Source of the DNA: a virus
DNA: 64,000 nt
IMG/VR virus record: IMGVR_UViG_3300045988_177361
Direction: 5' to 3' (one strand)
Positions within the stretch are counted from its first letter, which is position 1. Every line of letters starts with the position of its first letter. This document shows, piece by piece, positions 1 through 9,128 of the stretch. The translations under genes and the position numbers were made by a program. The notes beneath the pieces were generated by a model that did not search any database, was not told where the DNA came from, and saw nothing but the letters and a program-made list of their open reading frames with translations.

Positions 1-52
1 AACAGGCCCGCGCCCACGACCACCAGATCGGGATACTCCACCGCATCAGTCA
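1..52 (-). CDS. Partial 5' end of a UDP-galactopyranose mutase-like gene (continues beyond the window start)
   Basis: The reverse complement of 1-52 reads MTDAVEYPDLVVVGAGL, an FAD/Rossmann GxGxxG start as in Glf. It lies directly downstream of, and co-oriented with, the GlfT-like GT2 gene. Confidence 0.3.
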
Positions 53-158
53 TAACAAAACAACCTTCCACAAACAGTAATCGCACAAAAGCTATGTGCA
101 GTTCATGCTCATACTACCCTCATGGCGATATATGAGGGTGAATGTCAATAACTCTTGG

Positions 159-2219
159 CTATTTATCCCCAAAGATATGCGCCCACGTTTCCATGGAAGC
201 AATGCCATAAGCCTGATATTGGGCGGCCAAACGCTTCCAATGCTTGGTGATACGCCGAGTAAGACGATACCCTTCGAGCATGCTCTTGCGGAAACGCTTA
301 TTGTCACGCTTCAACCATGCCACGCCATTGCCATCAGCCGTAGTGACTAAGGCCGAGTTGACATGATCAAAAGCAAGCCAGGTCCAGGCAGCATCCCGTG
401 CCGGAATAGCAGCATCCGGACGGACAGCCTTCTCCGGATTGACGTTCTTGACAAAGCTCTTGGCAATCAAACCGACCGCAGCCTTATACCGGCTTTTCAT
501 GGTGGAAGGATGGTTCTTGGGCGGTTCGGTTTCACCAGCAGGCTCTGGGAACGCTTCAAAACTATCTTTAGCCTGAGCATCCGGATATTTCGCACGTAAT
601 TCTCGCACTTCGCCAAGCTTCGTCGGCAAACAGTCCACAAGATACTGCGGCCCACGAAGAATATCCCTCAACGCCATGTGGTGCAACGCCATGGCCGAAT
701 ACACGAAACGCAATCCAAGGCTTGCATCGCCGTACAACGTTTCCACCAGCATGCGAGGAGGCCTGTCCGGGTATGTCAGAAGGGCCGCAAGCCAGCGGTT
801 GCGCTCGGTGAAATACTCCTCCCAAGAACGGGCCGGATCCTTGTCGTGCCATGCTTGATGCCACACGGCCACACCTGGCAGACAGACCGTCGGAAAACCG
901 GCTTTCTTGGCACGCAGACCGTATTCGATGTCGTCGAACTTGATGAACACCGGCATCGAGAGGCCGATTTTCTTGACCACGGCAATCGGAATCAAACACA
1001 TCCACCAGCCGTTGAAATCCTCATCGATGCGTTGGTGACGATCCGGAGAGTCACGAAGCGGTTCCATAGAGAAGTCGTGATTGTACCCCATGCTCTTGGA
1101 CGGATACATCCACATTCGCTGCGGATTAATCCTCTCGCCTTGCGTATAAAGCATGGTGCGATTATCAAGATGAAGCATGCCGCCGCCGACAAGAACCGGA
1201 CGGATCGTATAGTCGGAGAACTGGATGGAACGAAGAATCGATTCAGGCTCACTGATGGCGTCATCATCCAGCAGCAACACGAAATCGCTGTTCCCAGCTT
1301 TCGCCGTTTCGTACATACCTCGAGAGAAGCCGCCGGAACCACCTAAATTGGCTTGCTGAATATACGTAAGCTGCTTTCCAAGGTCGGCGGATACTTCGGC
1401 AAAGCCTTCTTGATTTTTGACCAGATCGTTGCCTTGATCCGTGCAGTACACGGTATCCAGTCGCTTACGCAGTGCCGGCGCTCCTGCGATGGCGCGCAAT
1501 TGGTTCATGCAGTACGAGGCACGATTGAATGTGGTAATGGCGATGGACATGGAAGTGCCATGCTTGGCTGTGCGCGCTTCACGCGGAACAGACCATGTCG
1601 CATTGGAAATAACGACTGGCCCACCTAGCGATTCCGCGTCGAACCAGAAGTAACCACCGTCCATGAGCCCGGTCATAGGCACATCCACGCATACGGAAGC
1701 CGAGGTATCCGCAGCATGGACAATCCGCTCCGCTACCGGATAAATCAGGCCTCGACCCGTCGACCGGAAGACGTTGATCTTGGCGTTTCCTTGAACGGAC
1801 ACTGCGAAGCGCACGGTCTTCACACCAGTCCAACGACGCCAATACGATGCAGGGAACGCGTTGAAGAACGTGCATCCGGACATGTGACCATGATCTCGTA
1901 GTGTTACGGAAGTACGTCCCGTAATTTCGAATGAATCGCAGGAAACCCCGTTAGAGGATCCCGCATTCCGTAACATGCGTTGCAATGTGGACTGGTTCAT
2001 GGAGCTGAATTCCAGACGACGCATGTCGATACGCGAATCCAGAGTGGTTTCCGCCACATGCGGGCGAGTCCAGTCAATCGCATACAGAGGGAGGGTCTGT
2101 TCAGCATCTTTGACCGGATACACAACGCGCATCACCGTTTCCCACGAGTCCATTCGCTCAGTATCCATAGAGACCTCTTGTCCCATGCGTCTTCTCCTAT
2201 CGCCATTTTCTCCGTTCAT
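159..2219 (-). CDS. Family 2 glycosyltransferase, galactofuranosyltransferase (GlfT2)-like, 686 aa
   Basis: Long ORF with GT2 signatures (SMSIAITTFNRASYC near the N-terminus, a DDD acidic motif LLLDDDAISEPE). Its size and its pairing with a glf-like gene downstream fit a bifunctional galactofuranosyltransferase. Confidence 0.5.
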   Translation of the reverse strand: MNGENGDRRRRMGQEVSMDTERMDSWETVMRVVYPVKDAEQTLPLYAIDWTRPHVAETTLDSRIDMRRLEFSSMNQSTLQRMLRNAGSSNGVSCDSFEITGRTSVTLRDHGHMSGCTFFNAFPASYWRRWTGVKTVRFAVSVQGNAKINVFRSTGRGLIYPVAERIVHAADTSASVCVDVPMTGLMDGGYFWFDAESLGGPVVISNATWSVPREARTAKHGTSMSIAITTFNRASYCMNQLRAIAGAPALRKRLDTVYCTDQGNDLVKNQEGFAEVSADLGKQLTYIQQANLGGSGGFSRGMYETAKAGNSDFVLLLDDDAISEPESILRSIQFSDYTIRPVLVGGGMLHLDNRTMLYTQGERINPQRMWMYPSKSMGYNHDFSMEPLRDSPDRHQRIDEDFNGWWMCLIPIAVVKKIGLSMPVFIKFDDIEYGLRAKKAGFPTVCLPGVAVWHQAWHDKDPARSWEEYFTERNRWLAALLTYPDRPPRMLVETLYGDASLGLRFVYSAMALHHMALRDILRGPQYLVDCLPTKLGEVRELRAKYPDAQAKDSFEAFPEPAGETEPPKNHPSTMKSRYKAAVGLIAKSFVKNVNPEKAVRPDAAIPARDAAWTWLAFDHVNSALVTTADGNGVAWLKRDNKRFRKSMLEGYRLTRRITKHWKRLAAQYQAYGIASMETWAHIFGDK

Positions 2220-2367
2220 CCACTAATCGTAGTGGCTACATTGCACTTTAAACAATCGTCCACACCGTTACGCACGACATCGGTTCAGATGTACCATCAC
2301 AATAACCCCTGTCGCAATTACTTTAGGTCTAAAATTTAAGTATCTTATCCATAACAACAAGAGGGAG

Positions 2368-3192
2368 ATGATGGATATGATTTCTAAGAGCAAACTTATT
2401 CATGGAACCATTGCCGCAACCATGGCTCTTTCAATGACGATTTTGCCAATTGCTCCAGCTAGCGCGGAAGAAACCGTGTCGGCGCCAGAGTCTGACTACA
2501 CCGGTTGGGTAACTCAAGACGGCGAATACTACTGGTTTGATTCCGGCATTATGGCGCGTTCAAAAGAGATCTATGATCCAGGCAGCGATGCTTGGTATTG
2601 GCTCGATGCCGATGGAACAATGGCACACGACAAAGACGTGTATCTCTCTTCCGGAAATAAATGGGTCAGGTATGACGGGGATGGCCATATGGTCAAAGGC
2701 GAAGATTACCGATACGGCGGTTGGTATTACTTCGACCAAACAACCGGCGCAATGTCCAAAGGCATGAAATATATCCATTCCAATGGAGGCAAATGGGTAT
2801 ATTATGATTGGACAACCGGCAAAATGGCCCATGGTGAGGCCTTCGTGAATTACGACAGCAGCCATACGGGCTGGTACTTGTTCGATCAATATACCGGTGC
2901 CATGTTCCATGGAGATACTTATATTCGTTCCAACGGTGGAAAATGGGTACGCTATGACCGGATAACCGGAAAGATGGTCAAGGGATTACACTACCAAGAT
3001 GGTGCTTATTACTATTTCGACCAGACCACTGGCGCAATGGCACACGGGCGCGCATGGGTTCCCGAATGGAATTCATATGCAACTTTTGATTCCGTCACTG
3101 GCCGTTTTGTCAGTAAGACTTCAAACAACAATGCCAATCCTGGCACTAACGGCAATACTGGAGTGAATATTTGCAGCTTTCAAGGCCACTGA
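2368..3192 (+). CDS. Secreted cell-wall-binding repeat protein (choline/glucan-binding type YG repeats); the 3' end runs into the IS21 terminal repeat, so it is probably C-terminally truncated
   Basis: N-terminal signal peptide (MISKSKLIHGTIAATMALSMTILPIAPASA). At least 8 tandem ~20-aa repeats of the form GWYYFDQTTGAMxxG / WVRYDxxTGKM, typical of cell-wall-binding repeats. The last codons (ICSFQGH) are encoded by the IS inverted repeat. Confidence 0.6.
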   Translation: MMDMISKSKLIHGTIAATMALSMTILPIAPASAEETVSAPESDYTGWVTQDGEYYWFDSGIMARSKEIYDPGSDAWYWLDADGTMAHDKDVYLSSGNKWVRYDGDGHMVKGEDYRYGGWYYFDQTTGAMSKGMKYIHSNGGKWVYYDWTTGKMAHGEAFVNYDSSHTGWYLFDQYTGAMFHGDTYIRSNGGKWVRYDRITGKMVKGLHYQDGAYYYFDQTTGAMAHGRAWVPEWNSYATFDSVTGRFVSKTSNNNANPGTNGNTGVNICSFQGH

Positions 3193-3269
3193 TTATTCCC
3201 TTTCAAGGCCACCGTTATTGCCAAAGAAGGCCAGTGGCGGACCGGTTCAAGGCCACTGACCCCCTTTGG

Positions 3270-4031
3270 TCAGGATTCGAGCATGGATTGTCCGTGCCGT
3301 TGCCTCATGTTGAACTCGCCGGTGTCGATCCATACCGTGTTGTGCACGATGCGGTCGAGGATGGCGTCGGCGATGGTGTCGCCGCCGAGACGGCTGTGCC
3401 ATTCCTTGGTGGCCAGCTGGGTCGCGAACGCGGTGCTGGCGTTGTCGTAGCGCAGTTCCATGAGCTCAAGCAGGAAGCGCCTGAACTGCTCGTCGGGCTT
3501 GTCCACGAGCCATTCGTCGATCGCGAGCAGCGTGTACGTGGAGTATTTGCGCACGAGCTTGGCCGGACCTCCCGGTTTGAGGGCCGCGGCCGCGACCTGT
3601 TCCGCGAGGTCGGGCATCCGTATGTAGCAGGCCCGGTAGCGTCCCCTGCACGCGGATTTCACCAACGCGCATAGCAGGAACGACTTGCCCGATCCGGTGG
3701 CTCCCTGGAACGCGACGTTCAGACGCTGTCCGAGGTAGTTGCCGGCGTCGAGTCCGGCGAGCACGCCGCGGTCGAGCCCGCGCTCCTCGGCGAGGTCGAT
3801 GGTGCGCAGGTCGGCCTGCGGGTAGCGCAGTCCCGCCCGTTTGACCAGGCGTTGGATCTTCGCGTCGGTGTATCCGCCGTACGCGTTGTCGACCGCGAGG
3901 CCGACCACCTCGGCATGGTTCAGGGGCATGACGGTCCGTTCGTCGAGCCGTTCGAACGCGTCGAGCAGTTCGGCGGCGTTCATCTCGCGCAGTTTGCGTT
4001 TGGTCTCGGAATCGATGATCATCGCGCTCAC
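3270..4031 (-). CDS. istB: IS21-family helper ATPase IstB
   Basis: 253 aa. Walker A GATGSGKSFLLCALV, Walker B LLAIDEW. Start overlaps the istA stop (atga), as is typical of IS21. Confidence 0.9.
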   Translation of the reverse strand: MSAMIIDSETKRKLREMNAAELLDAFERLDERTVMPLNHAEVVGLAVDNAYGGYTDAKIQRLVKRAGLRYPQADLRTIDLAEERGLDRGVLAGLDAGNYLGQRLNVAFQGATGSGKSFLLCALVKSACRGRYRACYIRMPDLAEQVAAAALKPGGPAKLVRKYSTYTLLAIDEWLVDKPDEQFRRFLLELMELRYDNASTAFATQLATKEWHSRLGGDTIADAILDRIVHNTVWIDTGEFNMRQRHGQSMLES

Positions 4032-5581
4032 CTGCCCATGTTCGCGTAGTAGTCGCCACCACGCACCCAGCCGCCGGCACCGTCATCGGATGTTTCCGTC
4101 AGCCCGCCGGTCATGTCCTGGCCGGTCTCGAGTATCGGCCTGATGTGCGAGTACCTTGGCGAGGCGACCGACTGCAGGGCCAGCGAGCACGCGTTCTCGA
4201 GACGCCGCTCGGAATAGCGTCTCGAGAGCCGCAGCACCGCCAACGCGGGCTCCACCCCCTGGTCGTCGAAGCGCTGCGCGGCGAACAGCCTCCCGACGAC
4301 GTCCGCGCAGTCCGGTCCGACGCGTTTCGCCCATCGCTCGCAGCGTTCCCGGTCCCATTGCCTCCATCCGGCCTTCCCGGGCAGGTCGGTCTCGTTCGTG
4401 CTGTATCGGTTGGCCGCCGTGGCGGGCAGGAGTCTGTGCGTGCAGAGCCTGGAGCCCTTGTGCCACACCTCGAGCGTGTCGGAGCCGACGCGCAGGTCCA
4501 CGACGGTTCCGGCGTAGGCGTACGGGACGGAATACCAGTTGCGCGCATACGCGACGTGGCAGTTGGACTGCACCTTCCTGCCGTATATCCAGTCCGCCAC
4601 CTCGTACGCCGTTCCCGGCAGCGGTATCAGCAGCGGCCTCTCGTCGGACTCGAACACGGACCGTCTGGAGCCGTCGCGTTTCTGGAACGGACGGGAATTG
4701 TACTCGTCCAGCCACCCGCGGACGGCCCCGCGCAGCTCGTCCAGCGACGCGAACGCGCGGTCGCGCATCGCTCCCGCCAGCGCCATGGTCGCGTGCCATA
4801 CCGTGTTCTCCGCTGACGGCTTGTCCTTCGGCCTGCGCACGCGTCCGGGGATCACCGCGGCGGAATAGTGCTCGGCCATGGAGCGGTACGCGTCGTTGAG
4901 CACGACCTCGCCGTCGCGCGGATGGCTGATCACGCCGGTCTTGAGGTTGTCGCACACCAGACGTGGCGTGGAGCCGCCGAACCACTCGTACATCGCAACG
5001 TGGCACCGCAGCCAGGCGTTCTGCCCCATGTCGAGCGTCGGCTCCACGAACGCGTACCGGCTGAACGGCAGCACCGCTACGAACAGGTACGCCTTCGAAA
5101 CGTCGCCGGTGACCGGATCGACGATCCGCATGGTCTTGCCGGCCCAATCGACCTCGATGGTGCGTCCGGCCTTGTGCTCGACCCTGCTCGTCACACCGGT
5201 CCTCGCCACATAAGCGGCGTACTGCTTGCAGAAACGGTCGTAACCCATGCGCGGCCTGCCCGCGGCGGCGCATTCGTCGGCGTACTCGCCGTGCAGGATG
5301 CGCAGGGTCACTCCGACACGCGCGAGCTCGCGGTGGACCCTGGCCCAGTCGGGCTGCTCGTACACGCTTTCCCGTTCGCCCCTGCCGGGGAACAGCATCG
5401 AGTACACCTCGTCGTCCGGTTTCGTCTCAACGTCCGGATAGGCGATTCCCGCGGCCGCCGAGGCGGCCAGCACCTCGGCCACGCTCTGCCTGGCGATCCC
5501 CAACGATCTGGCGATCGCCCGCCCGGACAGACCCTGGTCGTTGAGGCGGAGTATCGCCTTGGCCTTGATTTTCCTTACCAT
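4028..5581 (-). CDS. istA: IS21-family transposase IstA
   Basis: 517 aa. N-terminal HTH (LSGRAIARSLGIARQSV), a central rve/DDE integrase core, and a C-terminal region typical of IstA. Immediately upstream of istB. Confidence 0.9.
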   Translation of the reverse strand: MVRKIKAKAILRLNDQGLSGRAIARSLGIARQSVAEVLAASAAAGIAYPDVETKPDDEVYSMLFPGRGERESVYEQPDWARVHRELARVGVTLRILHGEYADECAAAGRPRMGYDRFCKQYAAYVARTGVTSRVEHKAGRTIEVDWAGKTMRIVDPVTGDVSKAYLFVAVLPFSRYAFVEPTLDMGQNAWLRCHVAMYEWFGGSTPRLVCDNLKTGVISHPRDGEVVLNDAYRSMAEHYSAAVIPGRVRRPKDKPSAENTVWHATMALAGAMRDRAFASLDELRGAVRGWLDEYNSRPFQKRDGSRRSVFESDERPLLIPLPGTAYEVADWIYGRKVQSNCHVAYARNWYSVPYAYAGTVVDLRVGSDTLEVWHKGSRLCTHRLLPATAANRYSTNETDLPGKAGWRQWDRERCERWAKRVGPDCADVVGRLFAAQRFDDQGVEPALAVLRLSRRYSERRLENACSLALQSVASPRYSHIRPILETGQDMTGGLTETSDDGAGGWVRGGDYYANMGR

Positions 5582-5789
5582 TGTCGGTAACTCCTTTCAC
5601 CACACGTCCCTCGCATGGTGAAAGGAGCCTAACAACCAGTGGCCTTGATACGCAATAACGGTGGCCTTGAACCGCAATAATCGTCAAAAAGCGCGATCGG
5701 CCTTCTTCGGCAATAACAGTGGCCTTGAAACGAGCAAATATTCAATGACTTTTTTCTTAAAAGCTTTGAGGATACCCTTAAGCAGGTTC

Positions 5790-5935
5790 AGACCTGTCTG
5801 AACGTAGAATCAAAAAAATGGTTTTATTCTATTTTTTTGATTTTTTGCTTCTTTTTGAAAAAACTTGTTTTTTGAAAAAGAAGGGAATACAAGGGATATT
5901 AATATCTTTTGTAATCTTTTGTATACCTTTTGCAG
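5790..5935. promoter_or_regulatory. AT-rich tract (putative DNA unwinding element of a plasmid origin)
   Basis: About 145 bp with roughly 75% A+T (tttttttgattttttgcttctttttgaaaaaacttgttttttgaaaaag...) in otherwise ~58% GC DNA. Sits directly upstream of the iterons and the rep gene. Confidence 0.5.
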
Positions 5936-5978
5936 GTGTCGAAATCCCTTATGGGAGTAGGCGTTTCGGGTCGAAAGC

Positions 5979-6077
5979 GTGTCGAAAGTTCCAACTTTCC
6001 GTGTCGAAAGTTCCAACTTTCCGTGTCAGAAGTTCCAACTTTTTTATATGTGGCGTGTCAGAAGTTCCAACTTTTTC
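5979..6077. repeat. Iterons: 4 direct repeats of a 22-bp unit (gtgtc(g/a)aaagttccaactttcc); three are contiguous and a fourth follows an 11-bp spacer
   Basis: Exact and near-exact 22-bp tandem copies at 5979-6000, 6001-6022, 6023-6044 and 6055-6077. The 22-bp periodicity equals two helical turns. They lie between the AT-rich tract and the rep gene. Confidence 0.75.
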
Positions 6078-6307
6078 TCTTGGGCTATGCAAGTGTCGGA
6101 ATCCTCTACGGTGGTTAGTTTCAGAAACTAAAAACAGCTCCACCGCTTTCCGTAAACACCACCATTTTGCGCTTCAGAAGGAGCGAGGTAGGAAAACATG
6201 TTCAAAGGGTATACTGCGACATATACTGTTCCCCGTATAGAAAAACCCCGCGCTGCGGAACCAGCCGGGGTGACGGCAACCAACTAACCTTAAGGAGTCT
6301 TGGTCGC

Positions 6308-7177
6308 ATGACCAATCATAGCAAAGACCTCGACAAGTCGAACACGTACCGTTACGCTCCGTCCGTGATGTCGAAGCTGAGCTTCCTACCACAGTCGAAA
6401 CCGGACTCACCATCTGTAAGGAAGACGAACGGGAACTCGTCAATCACCGTCTCGGCCTCCAACGGGGAATGGGCCTATGGCGCAGCTCCCAGAATGTTCC
6501 TCATCTACATCCGTTCGCTCATCAAGAACGGGAGCGACCGCGTGAATGAGGAGCATCACATCGTCTACTTGGACGACACGTACAATTCGTTCTGCAATAG
6601 TGTCGGAATCAAATACTCCGGGTCAAACAAGGATAATGTGATGAAGATGGTCGAGAACCTAGCCACCACTTCCATTGTCCTCAAAAACTGGTCAACGGAC
6701 GGATTCATAGCCCACTCGTTTTTCGTAGCGAACACCGTGGCACTCAACTACGGTACCGACGAAAATAAGAAGTCATTCATAGAGTTCTCACCCGAGATGT
6801 GGGCACTGCTGACCGAGAACTGCGTTCCTCTCAACCCATCCATCGTTCGCCAGCTTCGCAACGATGCCCTCGCGTTGGACGTATACCAGTGGCTCGCGTT
6901 CCGTGCCCATGCCATGCGCCATGAGACGCGCGTGACATGGGAAGCCCTGTTGATGCAGTTCAAGTATGACGGGTATCCGATGCGTGAATTCAGACGCAAG
7001 TTCAAGAGAGCGTTGGAGAAGATTCAGCTCGCATGGCCGGAATTGAAAGTCGAAGTCACGGAAACCGGTGTCATAGTCCGTTCCAGTCTCCCTTCCATCC
7101 AGTCGGCTAACGATGATGCCGACACGGACGCGGGCGTGGCAGACGATGAAGAGCCGATGAACCCGTTCGTATCCTAA
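6308..7177 (+). CDS. Plasmid replication initiator (Rep) protein, putative; the long ORF begins at 6167 but the RBS-supported start is the ATG at 6308
   Basis: aaggag RBS 13 nt upstream of ATG 6308 (MTNHSKDL...). ~289 aa with an acidic C-terminal tail. Its position immediately downstream of iterons and an AT-rich tract is the classic theta-replicon layout. No motif-level family assignment is possible by eye. Confidence 0.5.
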   Translation: MTNHSKDLDKSNTYRYAPSVMSKLSFLPQSKPDSPSVRKTNGNSSITVSASNGEWAYGAAPRMFLIYIRSLIKNGSDRVNEEHHIVYLDDTYNSFCNSVGIKYSGSNKDNVMKMVENLATTSIVLKNWSTDGFIAHSFFVANTVALNYGTDENKKSFIEFSPEMWALLTENCVPLNPSIVRQLRNDALALDVYQWLAFRAHAMRHETRVTWEALLMQFKYDGYPMREFRRKFKRALEKIQLAWPELKVEVTETGVIVRSSLPSIQSANDDADTDAGVADDEEPMNPFVS

Positions 7178-7284
7178 CTGTGTTTTAGAGAAACCATGGG
7201 GCGTCCGCTCTGTTGTGAGTGTCGCCCCATCTGGAAGACTTCGGTGAAGTCTTTTTGTTCATCCGAATATTAGTATACCGGAGC

Positions 7285-7740
7285 CTATTCCTTCTGCTCG
7301 TACTTGTCGATGAGCGTCTGGTCGAAGTGTCCCTGCTGGAAGCAGTAGTCCATCGCGGCATTCAACAATACAGCCTGTTTCGTCCCGTATTCGATGCTTT
7401 TCAATTTCCATGCCCGCCAGTTCTCGACGGTGACGTTGCTGCCGATTCTTTTCTCTTTCGGCGGCTGATGCGTTTCGGATGGTGCCGGTGTTTCAGGATG
7501 GGTTATGTCGGTGATGAGCCGTGCCCGACGGTCGGCTTCTTCCTCCGTGAGCGTTTGGGCGTGCATGTCGGCGGACGTTTGGACTGACTGGTCTGACGGT
7601 TCCCGCGTTTCAGGAACGGCCTGTGTCGGTTCCTGCTCCGTGTTCGGTTCGCTAATGTTTTCCGGTGATTCCAATGGGCGCATGTCACGCTTGTCCTGCA
7701 TTCCTGTTGCGAAAGCGTTGCGTTTGATGTTCTTGACCAT
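7285..7740 (-). CDS. Small partition-partner / centromere-binding protein (ParB/ParG-like), putative
   Basis: 151 aa, encoded immediately downstream of parA in the same orientation. Disordered acidic N-terminus and a short structured C-terminus, as in type Ib partition partners. Confidence 0.4.
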   Translation of the reverse strand: MVKNIKRNAFATGMQDKRDMRPLESPENISEPNTEQEPTQAVPETREPSDQSVQTSADMHAQTLTEEEADRRARLITDITHPETPAPSETHQPPKEKRIGSNVTVENWRAWKLKSIEYGTKQAVLLNAAMDYCFQQGHFDQTLIDKYEQKE

Positions 7741-7770
7741 GATTGCCTACTTACTCCCCTGCTCCTGTTT

Positions 7771-8475
7771 TTATTCTTCCACCAGATTGATTTCAGACAG
7801 ATAGTCGATGAGTTCCTGCACGACGCTGGAATATTCCTTGTTGTCGATTTCGGTTGTGCCGTACATGTTCTTGACGGCTTCACGTTCCGTGATGACGGTT
7901 TCGAACCGTGCGATGCCTTCCTCATCCAGTTCGCTGATGCTGTTCCGGGCGAGTTTCGTTCTCGGCTTCACGCGTGTCAACAGGACGATGCCGTTGCGTG
8001 CCGCCGCGTATGTGCGTCCCGCGTGGGTCAAATCGGATACGGATGGCTGGCATGGGATTATCACCACGTCGCCTGCGTTTATCGCAGCCTGCACCACTCC
8101 CGCGTCGGACGGTGGGGTGTCGATGATGACCCAGCCTGAATATTTTTCGCGGATGAGTTCCGGATTGTTCAATACGGCTTCGTTGGTTTGCACTACAGGG
8201 AATCCGAGCGTGTATGGTTCCGCGTCCGGATTGTCCTGTCTGCGTCTGCGGTTTTCCTGTTCGACGTACATTTCCCACATGGTCGCGCCGCCCGTGTTGT
8301 CGGAGTCCAAGACTGTGACTTGTTCCCCGCGTTTGTGCAATAGTTCGGCCAATGCCATTGATGTGGTTGTTTTTCCTGAACCGCCTTTGATGATGGCGAC
8401 GGTGATGATGACCGTATGGTTTTTGACTCTCATGTTCTGGTTTCCTTTTTCTGCTTCCGGTGTGGACGGAATCAT
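7771..8475 (-). CDS. parA: ParA-family partition ATPase
   Basis: Deviant Walker A VAIIKGGSGKTTTSMALA, Walker B VIIDTPP, about 220 aa. Typical small plasmid ParA. Confidence 0.85.
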   Translation of the reverse strand: MIPSTPEAEKGNQNMRVKNHTVIITVAIIKGGSGKTTTSMALAELLHKRGEQVTVLDSDNTGGATMWEMYVEQENRRRRQDNPDAEPYTLGFPVVQTNEAVLNNPELIREKYSGWVIIDTPPSDAGVVQAAINAGDVVIIPCQPSVSDLTHAGRTYAAARNGIVLLTRVKPRTKLARNSISELDEEGIARFETVITEREAVKNMYGTTEIDNKEYSSVVQELIDYLSEINLVEE

Positions 8476-8671
8476 GGTGGGGGTATGTCTTTTTGTTTCG
8501 ATGATAACAACGGCGAAAAGTCGGCACGCCGAACCAGAAAACCGTTCGGAGAAACATTCCAGTAAAACAGTTGAACGGCGTACAGGTTTACAGGCGGAAC
8601 AGAAAAACAGAAAGCCGCGTCCGCGATGAAACGGATACGGCCTTCTTTTGTTTTTTATCGCCGAACAAAAA

Positions 8672-9025
8672 TCATTCGGTGGCTGTGAACACCAGTTTGC
8701 GAAGGAACTCCATGAACAGTGAACCGATATCAGGCATCTGGGCCGCGATATCCTTCATCCATTCACGCACGGGCAAACCCATGACCTCCAAGACACCGGT
8801 GATAATCCACACGAACAACAGGAACGCGCAGATGGTCAACGCGGTCATCAACGCGCGGGTGCTTTTCTGCAAGATGGCGAACACGACACTACCGGCGCAA
8901 ATAATAATCATCAACAAAGTGAGGATTGCGCCCGTCGGCGTGAACACCCAAGAGAAGAACACAGTGAGCACGTCACCCAACGTTCGTCCCGCAGTGTCAG
9001 CGGCTTGGTTTCCTACCTCTTCCAT
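8672..9025 (-). CDS. Small polytopic membrane protein (T4SS VirB2/VirB3-like candidate)
   Basis: 117 aa with three predicted TM helices (ILTLLMIIICAGSVVFAIL, LMTALTICAFLLFVWIITGVL). First gene downstream of the giant VirB6-like gene. Confidence 0.4.
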   Translation of the reverse strand: MEEVGNQAADTAGRTLGDVLTVFFSWVFTPTGAILTLLMIIICAGSVVFAILQKSTRALMTALTICAFLLFVWIITGVLEVMGLPVREWMKDIAAQMPDIGSLFMEFLRKLVFTATE

Positions 9026-9128
9026 TTTTCTAATCTCCTTGACGTTGGAAGGTTTTTCGAAAGGGAAACCGGCGTCGAATGCTGTGGAAGATGATTAAAA
9101 CATTCGACGCCGGATGGTCAAACCGACG

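Larger units (their letters stand above)
3164..5754 (-). mobile_element. IS21-family insertion sequence (istA + istB) with multi-repeat terminal inverted repeats
   Basis: ~27-bp imperfect terminal inverted repeats: tgaatatttgcagctttcaaggccactg at 3164-3191 and cagtggccttgaaacgagcaaatattca at 5727-5754. Extra internal copies of aaggccac(t/c)g occur at both ends (3194-3260 and 5640-5740), as expected for IS21 multiple IstA-binding repeats. Two overlapping genes encode IstA (DDE transposase) and IstB (AAA helper). GC content is clearly higher than the flanks. Confidence 0.85.

Noticed and set aside
678-1346. 222-aa plus-strand ORF inside the GT2 gene, and other antisense ORFs across 568-2339
   Set aside because: Antisense to a 686-aa ORF with GT2 motifs, with no RBS. 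Typical high-GC spurious frames.
3466-5590. Long ORFs antisense or out of frame to istA/istB (e.g. 4083-5273 minus, 4156-4899 plus, 4868-5590 plus), rich in R/A/G/P
   Set aside because: This is the typical spurious open-frame pattern of very GC-rich DNA. The IstA and IstB frames carry the recognisable HTH, DDE and Walker motifs.
7186-7235. Possible terminator hairpin between rep and the parA operon (atggggcg...cgccccat)
   Set aside because: The stem is only 8 bp, the loop is ~19 nt, and there is no clear T-tract. It may still act as a weak bidirectional terminator, but the evidence is insufficient to list it as a feature.
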